A stretch of DNA of 64,000 nucleotides from Candidatus Freyarchaeum deiterrae (GTDB lineage Archaea > Asgardarchaeota > Jordiarchaeia > Jordiarchaeales > Jordiarchaeaceae), in NCBI GenBank assembly GCA_037305845.1, contig CP147778.1:1856001-1920000 (forward strand), in the 5' to 3' direction. Positions 38,957 to 50,013 of the stretch are shown here, one piece after another. How positions within the stretch are numbered: position 1 is the first letter of the stretch; each line of letters starts with the position of its first letter. The notes under the pieces were generated by a model that saw nothing but the letters and a program-made list of their open reading frames with translations, did not search any database and was not told the DNA's origin. Both the position numbers and the translations under genes were made by a program.

Positions 38957-39754
38957 TTACTTTGCCTGAAGTTTCTCCAGCTTCTTGTTTACTATGTATA
39001 ATTGTTTCTTATACCTCTTATACAGCTTAGTATAATCAGTTGGGCCTACTTCTCCACCTTCAAACTTCTCTTCCAGTGTTCTGATCAAATCCTCAATAGC
39101 TATCTTTTCACTTTCAACATCCAAAACTTCTCGATATACGGGATCCTCCGGGAGCAGGTCGGATTGCGGATGCTCGTCCGCCGCTTCTGGTACATTGTGA
39201 GCGGATAATCTGCCACGGAGCATTGCTATTTCCTCATCACGCTCTTGAAGCGTGCTTTTAAGTTTCTTAGTTTCACTTTCCATACCCGAAAGTTGCGAGG
39301 ATGCCTCTGAACCAACCTCTTCTCCTTCTTGTGTCTTCTCCTCTTTGTCTACTATTGTTACCGTTACTCTAGGCGCCTCTTTCTCCACTTTAACCCGTCT
39401 TGTGGCTGGGCTTGGAGGTATCCTTGCAAAAGCGCCCTTTAGTGTATTTACTACGTGGTACAAGTGGTACTCTGGTCTCCACTGGTCTAGGATGTTCAAC
39501 TTCACTCTTCCGGTTTCAATGTCTACGTTAGGATGCTCGGTAGGAGAAATCATACGAACTTGAGGGGGGTCAATAGGAAATGTGGGTGGGATTTTGATTT
39601 CCACCTCGAATTTGAGTCCTCTAAATTCGCCTCTACCCGCTATTTCACCTATCCAACGGGTTAGATCGCCTTTAACAGGTTCAAAGCCTCGGGTCCTCTG
39701 ATACATTAATTGAGTTTCCCGTGCAAGAGTTAATTCAAAATTGCTGCTGGACAA
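38957..39754 (-). CDS. ESCRT-I Vps23/TSG101-like protein (UEV + coiled coil + steadiness box)
   Basis: UBC fold FPIDPP...HPNVD..TGRVKLNIL with Lys at the catalytic Cys position; C-terminal AIEDLIRTL......G......Y.K.Y. Confidence 0.82.
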   Translation of the reverse strand: MSSSNFELTLARETQLMYQRTRGFEPVKGDLTRWIGEIAGRGEFRGLKFEVEIKIPPTFPIDPPQVRMISPTEHPNVDIETGRVKLNILDQWRPEYHLYHVVNTLKGAFARIPPSPATRRVKVEKEAPRVTVTIVDKEEKTQEGEEVGSEASSQLSGMESETKKLKSTLQERDEEIAMLRGRLSAHNVPEAADEHPQSDLLPEDPVYREVLDVESEKIAIEDLIRTLEEKFEGGEVGPTDYTKLYKRYKKQLYIVNKKLEKLQAK

Positions 39755-40039
39755 AGCTTATAACAGCCCCTTTCACTTTTTTCTCTACAAAATATCCCCG
39801 AATATGACATATTAAAACTTTTGATATAGGCATAAAAAACCCCCTTTTTTTCTGTTTTAAACAAATTCCCAAACATTTTTAGTTAATTCAACCCTGAAAC
39901 ATTCTAGAAAAACAGAAAAGATTAAAGCGATTTCATAATAAATATTTTAAATATAACAATTTTGAGAATTAATATCTAGATGCATTGATAAGCATTTACC
40001 AGTTCTTTTAATACAAGGGTTAAATTTGGGTGAATATTA

Positions 40040-40564
40040 TTGAGTAATCTAATATTTCAAGCATTAATAAACGGTTTAAATCAAACAATTTTCCAGAAAT
40101 TCATTTCAGAATTGGCTTTTAATATAAGAGACAGAAACATAACACAAGGTAGCATCGAACATCAAGGGCGGAGAATAGACATAACTATTATTCGAGAAGG
40201 AGAAAAGCTTAGCATCATAATTCCCGATAATCGTATTCCTAAAGATGAGTGCGAACAAATCGCCAAGAAAATTCTAATTAACCTATACGCCATTCTAGGT
40301 AAGAGTACAAAACCTGAAGAAATTATGGTAACACGCCTTGGCTATGCTAGCGGAATTTGCAATTACTGTTTAATTGTAGCTCCTCTCACTTACAAATGTC
40401 ACCGTTGCGGTGGATACTATTGCGCCGAACATAGGCTCCCAGAAAAACACAATTGCCCAAAAGAAAGAGAGGAGGAAACAACTAATAAAAATATAGATAA
40501 AAATAAGAAACCTAATAAAGAAAAGGGAAGAAAAATTATCCTCTCTGAGGCTCCCTGTGGATAA
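40040..40564 (+). CDS. AN1-type zinc finger protein
   Basis: CNYC...YKCHRCGGYYCAEHRLPEKHNC. Confidence 0.85.
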   Translation: MSNLIFQALINGLNQTIFQKFISELAFNIRDRNITQGSIEHQGRRIDITIIREGEKLSIIIPDNRIPKDECEQIAKKILINLYAILGKSTKPEEIMVTRLGYASGICNYCLIVAPLTYKCHRCGGYYCAEHRLPEKHNCPKEREEETTNKNIDKNKKPNKEKGRKIILSEAPCG

Positions 40565-40753
40565 AGCCCCTAAACTCTAGAAACCAATTCTAACCAAATT
40601 AACTATTACGTGGAAAACATCCACAATTATTAATATGAATGTCAAAATTTATTTTAAGAACTTAATAATTTGTTTTTAAATATAAAGGACAAGACTAATA
40701 TCGTTGAAAACGGCTTATTTCATTAATTAACTGAATTACTTGGTGGATATAAG

Positions 40754-41455
40754 ATGGAGAAGGCTCCTAAAGCTGAGGGGTTTGTTGTAATCGGTGGCAG
40801 AGTTTACGCTGCAAACCAAGTTATCCCCGCCCTAATGGCCGAAGGCTTTGCAGATATAAAATTAGAGCCTGGAGGCGTCTTAATAATTGGTGGGGTACGT
40901 ATACCCCCAATTTTCAAAAGTCCACAAGAACAAGCAATGGTAATTACCTGCTATGGCAGCCTAGCCTACTGCTGCAGCTTAGAGAAGGCTTGTGAAAATA
41001 GGGATAAAGCACTAGAACTACTAGGCTTATCAAAGGAAGATTATTTACGATTAAAAAATTATTTACATAACAAATTTATAGAATACTCAAAAGGCTTGGT
41101 TTCAAGTGAACCGGAATCAAGATACTTTACACCAGAGGATACCTACAATTCATACTCATACCGCAACAAACCAATCAACGCACCCGAAATTTTCGAGAAT
41201 GTTGAGAACACAAAGCCTCATCCCCTAATGAACTCTAATAAAACAAAACAAGAAGGAAACATCGCAGAACCAATAGCCGATCTTTTCAATCCTTCAGAAG
41301 AATCGAAAGCAGGCGAGTTGAATTCCTCGCAAAGCTACAGAGGCCGCGTATTATTTTCTGATCAAAATGATGAATTCTCTTTCTGCATTTATTGCGGGTC
41401 AACACTGCAACCGATGGCAAGATACTGCAAAAGGTGTGGAAAACCTGCACTCTGA
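40754..41455 (+). CDS. Cys-rich protein with methanogenesis-marker-9-like motif and C-terminal zinc ribbon
   Basis: TCYGSLAYCC...K.C..RD.AL..LGLS.EDY..LK; FCIYCG...YCKRCG. Confidence 0.6.
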   Translation: MEKAPKAEGFVVIGGRVYAANQVIPALMAEGFADIKLEPGGVLIIGGVRIPPIFKSPQEQAMVITCYGSLAYCCSLEKACENRDKALELLGLSKEDYLRLKNYLHNKFIEYSKGLVSSEPESRYFTPEDTYNSYSYRNKPINAPEIFENVENTKPHPLMNSNKTKQEGNIAEPIADLFNPSEESKAGELNSSQSYRGRVLFSDQNDEFSFCIYCGSTLQPMARYCKRCGKPAL

Positions 41456-41715
41456 ACCAACACCCCGCTTCCATCCTCCCTCAAAATCACGCATCCGAGT
41501 ATAATTCCGCATAAAGAGGGAGGACTCCATGCTCCGAATCCACAATACTGCACAAGAGGATTTCTCCCAGAGCTAGAGCTTGTTCACATAATTTTCTGAC
41601 ACAAACTACTAAAGCGAAATATTATAAACGAAAATATATTATTATTAAAGTGAAGAAGTGTCAGATGCTCTAAACTTGAAAATAAATCAGTTAAGACATC
41701 AGAAGGCGAAACAGA

Positions 41716-42231
41716 TTGGATGAAGAACCAAGAGTAATGAAAATTCTGGTAACAGGACCCTATTCCTCTGGAAAAAGTACTGTAGTAAGCAAACTATGCA
41801 AAAACGCTGTAAGCATTGATGCATTACATACAACTGTGGGTTTTGATTTTGGTTCTAGATATGAGGAAGTTAATTTTTTGGATTTGAAAATTTTTGGGAC
41901 ACCAGGCCAGGTGAGATTCAAATTTTTGCAGGAGATTCTGGCTCAGGGTAGTGCAGGTATTTTGCTGGTTGTAGATAGTACAGCTCCTGAAACTCTAGAA
42001 GTGGCAAAGGATGTCCTCATAAGGATGCAGAATGAACTTTCAGGAAGAGTATCCGTAGTGATTCTTGCAAACAAACAGGACTTAGTTGGAGCTCTAAGTC
42101 CAGAAGAAGTCAGAGAAAAATTAGGTGTTTCTAAAGATATTCCAGTGATAGGGACAGTGGCTACAGAAGCCATTGGGCTAAAAGAAGCCATTACAAAATT
42201 AATTAAACTGATGCTAAAAGCAGAAAAATAA
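41716..42231 (+). CDS. Small GTPase (MglA/Arf-like)
   Basis: GPYSSGKST, TTVGFDFG, GTPGQVRF, ANKQD. Confidence 0.9.
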   Translation: MDEEPRVMKILVTGPYSSGKSTVVSKLCKNAVSIDALHTTVGFDFGSRYEEVNFLDLKIFGTPGQVRFKFLQEILAQGSAGILLVVDSTAPETLEVAKDVLIRMQNELSGRVSVVILANKQDLVGALSPEEVREKLGVSKDIPVIGTVATEAIGLKEAITKLIKLMLKAEK

Positions 42232-42305
42232 CACGATTTCAATCCTAAAGCATTATCCGAGCTGGTAATTTTGACAGAGAACAAAAAAGGAGGCTAAGGC
42301 AGACA

Positions 42306-43997
42306 TTGGATAGAATAGTTTTAGTTTCTATTAAGCTTCTCAGCGAGTTACTTAGCGCAGTAGAAACTGTGGACACGCTTAACACCAGCTCTAAATATAA
42401 ATCATGTGTTGAAAAGGTAATCAACGAACATCCTCAAATTTTAGAAGGATTTGATTTCAAATGGTTAGGGCTTAACGCTTACATCATATTGAATAATCTT
42501 TCTAAGACAGAGGAGGGGGCAAGACGTGAAAAATTCGTAGCCGCTCTTTTCGATTTGCTCCAAACCGCCTTTATTTGTGGAGAAACTCTAGGAGTAAACT
42601 TTGAGCAACTAGACAAAGCGGCACTAATTTACAATTCCCATCATCCCTTATTTGAGCAATACGAGCTAGCTAAAGGAAAAATTCATGAAAAACTGATTTG
42701 GTTTAAAAAAGAGAAAATCAAAAAAGAAGAAAATAAAAACAAAATAACCGTTTCACTGAGATGCGGGAGCAGGTTGGAGTCAACAAAAATTCCAGAACAA
42801 ATTTTGAATGGTGTGCTCGAACCCCAAAAAACTATACATAAAAAATTATCAATAAATTCTGTTAGCACTATTTTGAATGAACCAATAGGAAACGAACCTT
42901 TATTAAGGGAAGTTTCTGGCGCAAAAAGAGTGGCTATAATATTAGACTATAATTTTAATTCCCTTACGAGTGACATTCTAAAACTAGTCCTCAGCGAATT
43001 AAAAAAAGCAGGAATACCCAAGATCGAGATAGTACTGGCTTGCGGCTTGAATGAACCGAATTCAAGTGAAGTCATGAAGGAATTATCCTATGGTAACATT
43101 TCGGACAAATACGATATCAGTTTCCACAATCCATTGGACGAAGATAGCCTTACAGAAGTTGGAAGAACACTATCCGGAGCAAAGCTGAAGATAAACACGA
43201 AGATAACAGAAGCCGATTATCGAATAGCTATAGGATCCATACACCCCAATCCCTATTCAGGATTTACAGGAGGTTATCAATCCATACTTCCTGGAGTGGC
43301 AGGAGCAGAAGCAATTGTGTGTAATCAACTTAGAGGAATACTTTCAGGCAGCAGAATAGGGCACACATCTGATAATCCAGTGTTTAAAGACACACAAAGC
43401 GTAGCTTCACTTTGCAGCATTGACTTCCTCCTAAACACAGTTGTTGATAACAATGGCATAGCGGTAGACTTGGTCGCGGGCAACCCCGAAAACGCCTACG
43501 CTAAGGGAATAGACATATCCGGAAAGCTTTTCACAACAGAAGTAGATGAACGAGCAGAAGTAGTAATACTAGCACCAGGAAAACCGTATGACCAAGAACT
43601 TTACAAAAGCCTACAATCACTAGGAACTACAAAACAACTTCTAAAGCCTAACGGCCTAACAATAATGATTTTAGACCTGAGTCATGAAGATCTCACCAAA
43701 CTCGAAAAGGCTATGTCAATCAAATACAGCGAATTTCTAAATAATATAGACAAAGACCCCACGGCTATTCTGATAAGAAATATAATGGAGGTCGAAAGTA
43801 GGAACCTTATACTCGTCCCGGGAAGGTCTCTAAAAAATATCGGCAGACTTCCCATCATTAACGTAGATAACTTAAAAGAAGCAATAGACCAAGCAACACG
43901 GATAACTAAGCCATCTTCAATTCTGGTAGTTCGTGAAGCTTGGAATATAATTCCAGAATTTAAAAATGGTGAACACCCTTTTTCAAGCGACTTTTAA
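42306..43997 (+). CDS. LarA (lactate racemase) family protein with N-terminal extension
   Basis: LACGLN, HNP, GRTLSG, HPNPYSGFTGGYQSILPGVAG. Confidence 0.7.
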   Translation: MDRIVLVSIKLLSELLSAVETVDTLNTSSKYKSCVEKVINEHPQILEGFDFKWLGLNAYIILNNLSKTEEGARREKFVAALFDLLQTAFICGETLGVNFEQLDKAALIYNSHHPLFEQYELAKGKIHEKLIWFKKEKIKKEENKNKITVSLRCGSRLESTKIPEQILNGVLEPQKTIHKKLSINSVSTILNEPIGNEPLLREVSGAKRVAIILDYNFNSLTSDILKLVLSELKKAGIPKIEIVLACGLNEPNSSEVMKELSYGNISDKYDISFHNPLDEDSLTEVGRTLSGAKLKINTKITEADYRIAIGSIHPNPYSGFTGGYQSILPGVAGAEAIVCNQLRGILSGSRIGHTSDNPVFKDTQSVASLCSIDFLLNTVVDNNGIAVDLVAGNPENAYAKGIDISGKLFTTEVDERAEVVILAPGKPYDQELYKSLQSLGTTKQLLKPNGLTIMILDLSHEDLTKLEKAMSIKYSEFLNNIDKDPTAILIRNIMEVESRNLILVPGRSLKNIGRLPIINVDNLKEAIDQATRITKPSSILVVREAWNIIPEFKNGEHPFSSDF

Positions 43998-44169
43998 ATA
44001 ACGCTCCCTTTAAAAAATTTCAGCACTTCTATCGTAATTCCACTCCAGCAGCAATGAAATACATGATGGAGGAAAGTACGACCTTCAGGGCAGGTAGTTT
44101 TACTGAATTCGAAAGGAATTAATACTTTATTTTTGTGACTCTTGAATATGTCCGTGTTATTGAAGTTTG

Positions 44170-45180
44170 TTATTGTTCACATTTGATTGTTTTTCCTTTC
44201 AATATTGCTTCATAAAGGGCTTGATCGATTGCGGTTTCAGAAATGTCTGAACAGTAATCAATAATTCTCTCGAGATGTATAATAATTACTTTACTTTCTG
44301 GAAATTCAGTTTCCAAGATCCTTATTTCTTTTTTGAGGATATTTCTCTGATCCAAAATATCAAACGCCTTACTTAAGTCTCTGCTGAAAAGCACACTAAT
44401 AAGCGAACTGTATAAATTGTTCGCCTTTTCCGCAAGCTTGGATAACTCCTCGTTAGCTGTTCCGTTGGCTAAAATCTGCTCTGCGATACCCACTGCGTGA
44501 TCCGCTATTCTTTCTATGTATCGAGTTATGTGACTATAATGCAGGCCTTCTATAGGTAGAATGTTCAATTCTTTAGCTAAAGTTGGATTCTCGAGTGTTA
44601 AGTGAACCATTCTCTGTACAAGCCAGTGATAACGATCAACATCATCATCCCGGTTGATGATTACCTGAGACTCCTTGGGATCCCCGTTTCCAATAATCCG
44701 GACTACACTATTTAGTATATAACCTGTTGTATTTAGTAATCTCTGAATTATAGGTTTTATAGATGACACTTCACTGATATCCTTAATTGAAATAGATTTA
44801 TCGGTCTCATCAACAACTTCAATCCCAATCATGGCCCTAACAGCGCTTTCAATATACTCTCTAAATTCGAGGGATATCTCCTTTGTAGATACTAAATTCA
44901 TTTGGTCTAGCCCTACCATATATCCCGCGACCAACATTACATGGGCCATATGCGGTTCACAATTCTCTATGTTCAGTGTGCCATTCAACTTTCGCTTATA
45001 TTCTTCTTTACTTGAAAATATCACTAGGCTTCCATCTTTCAACTCTTGAAAGTTAACTTGACTTCCGCCTTTTATCTTAGCTTTCACACACCATTCCTTT
45101 GGTAAATAAACGTAGAAAGACCCCTTTACCTCTTGGACTTTTCTAGATTCCATAATCCTAACACCTACATAAGGATTCAC
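44170..45180 (-). CDS. Phosphate uptake regulator (AbrB-like + PhoU domains)
   Basis: RKVQEVKGSFYVYLPKEW, RDDDVDR, IERIADHA. Confidence 0.88.
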   Translation of the reverse strand: MNPYVGVRIMESRKVQEVKGSFYVYLPKEWCVKAKIKGGSQVNFQELKDGSLVIFSSKEEYKRKLNGTLNIENCEPHMAHVMLVAGYMVGLDQMNLVSTKEISLEFREYIESAVRAMIGIEVVDETDKSISIKDISEVSSIKPIIQRLLNTTGYILNSVVRIIGNGDPKESQVIINRDDDVDRYHWLVQRMVHLTLENPTLAKELNILPIEGLHYSHITRYIERIADHAVGIAEQILANGTANEELSKLAEKANNLYSSLISVLFSRDLSKAFDILDQRNILKKEIRILETEFPESKVIIIHLERIIDYCSDISETAIDQALYEAILKGKTIKCEQ

Positions 45181-45256
45181 ATGTATCCTTAAGAATCTTT
45201 AGGAAAATCTTAGTATAGCAAAAGATTAGAAGTCATCTCGAAATAAGTGTATAAGA

Positions 45257-46189
45257 TTGAGAAGTATGAAAGCAATACTAAGCCTGACACCCAAAAAAAC
45301 TTCATTGATTATACTTGGCCTACTAGGAATAGCAGCAATCTTCGCATTTGTAATCTATCCATATATATATGTCAAACCTCAAGCGGATTTACAGATGACT
45401 CTGGGGTACTACACTGGACAATCCTCTGATACAATAAATGTCGGGGGATCAACGACAGTACTGCCGATATCACTTGCTATCGCCCCGCTTTTTCACGCAT
45501 TTAGTGGAGTTAATGTTCAAGTATCTGCTGGAGGCTCAGGCCTAGGATACAGCAATGTTATTGATAGAATTTCGCCTATAGGCGCTGTTTCTAGAACTCC
45601 CACGAGTGATGAACTTAGTAGCGCTGCCTTAAAAGGGATAACACTTACATTAAATCCCATAGCACGTGACGCCATCTGCATAATTTGGAATATTCCTGAA
45701 GCGTCTAACTTAGAGCTAACAAAACAGCAAGTAGCAAATATATACAACGGACTTTATACCAACTGGAACCAAGTGAATCCGAGTTTCTCCCCTGTGACTA
45801 TATGGGTTGTTGGTAGGGAGCCCAACTCTGGGACGCGCCAAACTTTCGAAAGCACTTTTGGAGTTAGTAACGCTAAGGTTACCCAACAAGTAACCAATAA
45901 TCAGGACATGGTTTCTTCCGTTTTAAGCACACCTTACTCAATTGGGTATTGTAGCATCGCTTACGCTACTAATGTTAACACCGCTGAAATCGCCGGAGCT
46001 AATGGTACGTTCTACGCTCCAACAAGAGAAAACGTTAGAAATGGACTCTACCCTGCTTCAAGGGTGCTATACTATTTAACAGACGGAATTCCTTTCACAG
46101 GTTCCCTTATCAGTATGTTCCTTAACTTTGTGAATAGCACTATTGGTCAAGAGGCTGTTGAATTGTCGGGCTACGTGTCAATTATATAA
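45257..46189 (+). CDS. pstS: Phosphate ABC transporter substrate-binding protein
   Basis: GSTTVLP, GGSGLG, REPNSGTR, YPASR; N-terminal TM anchor. Confidence 0.92.
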   Translation: MRSMKAILSLTPKKTSLIILGLLGIAAIFAFVIYPYIYVKPQADLQMTLGYYTGQSSDTINVGGSTTVLPISLAIAPLFHAFSGVNVQVSAGGSGLGYSNVIDRISPIGAVSRTPTSDELSSAALKGITLTLNPIARDAICIIWNIPEASNLELTKQQVANIYNGLYTNWNQVNPSFSPVTIWVVGREPNSGTRQTFESTFGVSNAKVTQQVTNNQDMVSSVLSTPYSIGYCSIAYATNVNTAEIAGANGTFYAPTRENVRNGLYPASRVLYYLTDGIPFTGSLISMFLNFVNSTIGQEAVELSGYVSII

Positions 46190-46219
46190 AAGTAAAGTTT
46201 TTAGAATATAAGCTTCAAG

Positions 46220-47311
46220 GTGGTGAAGATGGATCGGATAGAACATTTACGGAAAGTTATGAGGAATCTTTGGCCTGTTAACTTTCTCATCCGACCGGCT
46301 CCTAGTGCTGATGTATTGCAATTGAAAGGAAGAGAGTACTTTAGGAGGTTTTTCTCACCTGAGGGGTTAACCGGCATATGCGCTCTTTCAAGCTTTATCA
46401 TAACCATGCTTATTCTATTTTTCCTCTTACAACAGAGTTTTCCCATACTTCAAGAGATGGGCTACGGGCAATATGCTCTTTTCCTCCTCAACAAGCTGGG
46501 TTACTCCGATTACGCCTCGATTCTGGCTAACGGAAACATTGTTACAGGTCTCATAAACTTGGTTACGGGTTCAACATGGGATCCAACTAATTTCAATTTC
46601 GGAATTCTTCCGCTAATAGCTGGAACTCTTGTGGTTGTCGGTGGGGCTCTGCTTATAGCAATTCCTATTGGAATATTTTCAGCGGTCCACCTATCAGAGT
46701 ACTGTCCTAGGAGAGTTAAGAATATAATAAAGCCGGTTATTGAACTTCTGGCGGGTATTCCGTCTGTAGTTTACGGGTTTGTTGGACTTACTATTCTAGT
46801 TCCCTGGATCGCTAGTGTTTTTAGTCTTAGGTCTGGTCAGTCGGCTCTTGCTGGATCAATCATTCTCTCAATCATGATTCTTCCCACAATCGTCACTATA
46901 AGCGAAGATGCAATAAGCGCCGTTCCTAGAGATTATAAAGAAGCTTCACTTGCCCTTGGAGCAACTCACTTCCAGACGGTTTGGAAAGTTCTTCTACCCG
47001 CTGCTGTTTCGGGCATTACGGCGAGCATTATTCTGGCAATTGGCAGAGCGCTTGGAGAAACTATGGCAGTACTTATGGTTGCCGGCGGAGTAGCAAACAT
47101 ACCTCCCCTTTCTTTACAAATGTTCTTCACATCCGTCCAACCTATGACCGCTGCGATAGCGGCAGAAATGGGAGAAACTGCTGTGGGCAGCGCGCACTAC
47201 AGTGCGCTTTTCGGTGTTGCGCTAGTGCTTTTTGGAATCACATACTTTGTCAATTTTATTGCTGATATTATTAACTCTAGGTTTAAAAAGAAGTTTGGGA
47301 GAGCTAAATAA
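46220..47311 (+). CDS. pstC: Phosphate ABC transporter permease
   Basis: [30 protein letters not shown]. Confidence 0.94.
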   Translation: MVKMDRIEHLRKVMRNLWPVNFLIRPAPSADVLQLKGREYFRRFFSPEGLTGICALSSFIITMLILFFLLQQSFPILQEMGYGQYALFLLNKLGYSDYASILANGNIVTGLINLVTGSTWDPTNFNFGILPLIAGTLVVVGGALLIAIPIGIFSAVHLSEYCPRRVKNIIKPVIELLAGIPSVVYGFVGLTILVPWIASVFSLRSGQSALAGSIILSIMILPTIVTISEDAISAVPRDYKEASLALGATHFQTVWKVLLPAAVSGITASIILAIGRALGETMAVLMVAGGVANIPPLSLQMFFTSVQPMTAAIAAEMGETAVGSAHYSALFGVALVLFGITYFVNFIADIINSRFKKKFGRAK

Positions 47312-48210
47312 TGGAAATTAAAAGAGAGTTGCCTATCGTCAAGAAGCGAGTTGGCATCGGAGAGATACTCTTCAGTATTCCCACCCTACTTATTTTAGCT
47401 TCATTCTTCATAATTATGGGTGCTATTGTTTATAATGGCGCGCCAGCAATTAGCTGGGATTTTCTAACTGGTACACCAGGATACAGAATGCTCTATGGTG
47501 GAGCGTTTATGCCCTACGGCGGAATACTACCCATGATATTTGGAACCCTTGCGCTTGTATCTGGAGCTATTGGCATAGCTGTGCCGCTCGGGGTTTTTTC
47601 AGCTGTGTACCTAAACGAATACTTGCATGAAGGTCGGTTAAAATCCTTCATAGACCAGTTTATAAGCAATCTAGCTGGAGTTCCTTCAATAGTGTTTGGT
47701 CTCTTCGCATTCTCCTTCTTCTCTAAACAGTTGGACTTGGGTGTTTCACTTATCACCGGATGGTTCGTCCTAGGATTCATGGCTCTTCCCATAATAGTCA
47801 AGTCAACAGAAGAAACCCTAAAGACTATACCTAGAGGCTTCCGGGAGGCAAGCTTAGCCCTTGGGGCGACCAAATGGGAGACCATAACCTCAGTTGTTCT
47901 ACCTGTAGCAGCCCCTGGAATCTCAACTGGTGTAATACTAGGGATTGGACGTGTTGCGGGTGAGACAGCAGCTATACTTTTTGCGGCAGCAATCTTTTAC
48001 CAGAGCAGTCTATACCCTGCAAATGTCTTTCAGCCAGTCATGGCTCTAACCTACCACTTGTACTACGAGGCAACCTCAAGTCCTTTTGCAGGAATAAACA
48101 GACCATACGAGTTTGGAACCGCTCTTGTGCTCGTCGGATTAGTTCTTCTCTTCAGCATGATTGCAATCTATATCAGAGCTAGAGGTCAGAAAAAAAGAAA
48201 AGGATGGTGA
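47311..48210 (+). CDS. pstA: Phosphate ABC transporter permease
   Basis: [31 protein letters not shown]. Confidence 0.94.
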   Translation: MEIKRELPIVKKRVGIGEILFSIPTLLILASFFIIMGAIVYNGAPAISWDFLTGTPGYRMLYGGAFMPYGGILPMIFGTLALVSGAIGIAVPLGVFSAVYLNEYLHEGRLKSFIDQFISNLAGVPSIVFGLFAFSFFSKQLDLGVSLITGWFVLGFMALPIIVKSTEETLKTIPRGFREASLALGATKWETITSVVLPVAAPGISTGVILGIGRVAGETAAILFAAAIFYQSSLYPANVFQPVMALTYHLYYEATSSPFAGINRPYEFGTALVLVGLVLLFSMIAIYIRARGQKKRKGW

Positions 48211-49052
48211 ACTTAATGGTATCCGTGTTAAACAAATTTACTTTGTCTAACCATCCGGAGGACGAAACCGGTAAAGAAAAAGAAAAAAGGCGCACCAGTA
48301 AAGATGTTAAGATAGAGACTAAAAATCTAAATCTATGGTTTAGTAAACATCAAGTCTTAAAAAACATAAATCTGAAAATTTCAGATAAAAAAGTCACTGC
48401 AATTATTGGGCCGTCAGGCTGTGGAAAAACTACTCTCATAAGATCTTTTAACAGAATGGTCGATCTGGATGGAGCTAGGGTTGAAGGGGAAGTACTTCTT
48501 GATGATGAAAACGTTTACGATTATGGAACCAATGTAGTAGCGCTCAGAGAAAGAGTAGGAATGGTTTTCCAAAGGCCTAACCCATTCCCTATGTCAATAT
48601 ATGACAACATTGCCTACGGTCCCAAACTTCATGGAATAAGTAATGATACGAACTTGGATAAAATTGTGATAGAAAGTTTGAAGAGCGCTGCATTATGGGA
48701 AGAGGTCGAGGATAGATTAAATGCGAATGCATATGAACTTTCTGGAGGTCAACAGCAAAGACTCTGTATTGCCCGAGCATTAGCTATAAATCCTGAGGTC
48801 CTGTTAATGGATGAACCATGTTCCTCCCTTGATCCTATAGCCACAGCGAAAATAGAAGACCTTGTGTGGGACCTCAAGGAAAAAATCGCGGTTATTATAG
48901 TAACTCACAATATGCAGCAAGCTGCAAGAGTTTCCCAGTTCACAGCCTTCATGTACCTAGGTGAACTCATAGAGTGTGACAAGACCAAAAAGATTTTTGA
49001 AACCCCACAGGAAGAACGCACAAGAGACTACGTTACAGGAAAGTTCGGATAA
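48204..49052 (+). CDS. pstB: Phosphate ABC transporter ATPase
   Basis: [44 protein letters not shown]. Confidence 0.96.
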   Translation: MVNLMVSVLNKFTLSNHPEDETGKEKEKRRTSKDVKIETKNLNLWFSKHQVLKNINLKISDKKVTAIIGPSGCGKTTLIRSFNRMVDLDGARVEGEVLLDDENVYDYGTNVVALRERVGMVFQRPNPFPMSIYDNIAYGPKLHGISNDTNLDKIVIESLKSAALWEEVEDRLNANAYELSGGQQQRLCIARALAINPEVLLMDEPCSSLDPIATAKIEDLVWDLKEKIAVIIVTHNMQQAARVSQFTAFMYLGELIECDKTKKIFETPQEERTRDYVTGKFG

Positions 49053-49069
49053 AGGAAGGAAGGAGTAAA

Positions 49070-49753
49070 TTGAAAGACGCATTAAAAGTTGAGAAGAAGA
49101 AAGTAAGAATACGCTACCAGGAACAATTAAAACAATTAGAAAATCTCGTTGCTAAGATGGGTGAGACAGCAATTGAGACAGTTCGGGATTCTGTTGAATC
49201 ACTGAAAAAACAAGACATCGAACTAGCTAAAAAAGTTCTGGAAAAATGCAAGACTGTTGATGAACTGGAATTTGAAATAGAAAAATTCTGCATGGATCTA
49301 TTAGCACTCCAACAGCCTATGGGAGACGATCTACGCTTTATTGCAACCTGCTTGAAAATCATAACAGACATAGACCGGATAAGCGACTACGGAGGCGACA
49401 TTGCAGAAATCACCTTAAAAACTGCAGGCAAACCTTTCTTCAAGCCCCTCATAGATATTCCCCGAATGGCTGAAATCACACAGGGAATGATTAGAAAAGC
49501 CTTAGATGCGTTTGTCACAAGAAAGGTTGACAACCTAACGAAACTCGGCGAGGAAGACGACCTAGTAGATGGTCTCTTCGACCAAATATGGAGAGAACTC
49601 ATCGCCTTAATAAAAGAAAAACCAAGCGGATTTTCTGACGCTGCGTACCTCCTTTTTGTAGCAAGATACCTTGAGAGAATAGGAGATCATTCTTGTAATC
49701 TCGCATCCAGAGTTATTTACATGGTCACTGGCAAAAGAGTAAAGATAGATTAA
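49070..49753 (+). CDS. phoU: Phosphate signalling protein PhoU
   Basis: LQQPMGDDLR, DDLVD, RYLERIGDH. Confidence 0.95.
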   Translation: MKDALKVEKKKVRIRYQEQLKQLENLVAKMGETAIETVRDSVESLKKQDIELAKKVLEKCKTVDELEFEIEKFCMDLLALQQPMGDDLRFIATCLKIITDIDRISDYGGDIAEITLKTAGKPFFKPLIDIPRMAEITQGMIRKALDAFVTRKVDNLTKLGEEDDLVDGLFDQIWRELIALIKEKPSGFSDAAYLLFVARYLERIGDHSCNLASRVIYMVTGKRVKID

Positions 49754-50013
49754 AAAATTAATTAAAAATCTAAATTAACACAAAACAAATTTTACAATTT
49801 CTTTAATTTTGAATTTCTCATTATCAACCTATTCATAAAATCATTTTTGGCCAAGCTTATCTGTTCTAAACGCTTTCAAAAGCATTAAAAGTAAATATCA
49901 TTACAAGACAGAATTCTGAAAACCTTGACAAACTCAAAATAAATTTAAGTATCGGTGAATTTACGTCTCAATAATCACTGAACCTTAAGTATCTTAACAG
50001 GTGGGCGTTAAAC

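Noticed and set aside
41474-41524. 9-bp inverted repeat TCCTCCCTC/GAGGGAGGA after the 40754 gene
   Set aside because: A single hairpin with no further support for an RNA gene, and no UGA-interrupted gene to suggest a SECIS
44071-44103. Resemblance to an IS200/IS605 right end (accttcagggcaggtagtt), or a C/D box sRNA (ATGATGG...CTGA)
   Set aside because: Degenerate, with no tnpA/tnpB nearby and imperfect boxes
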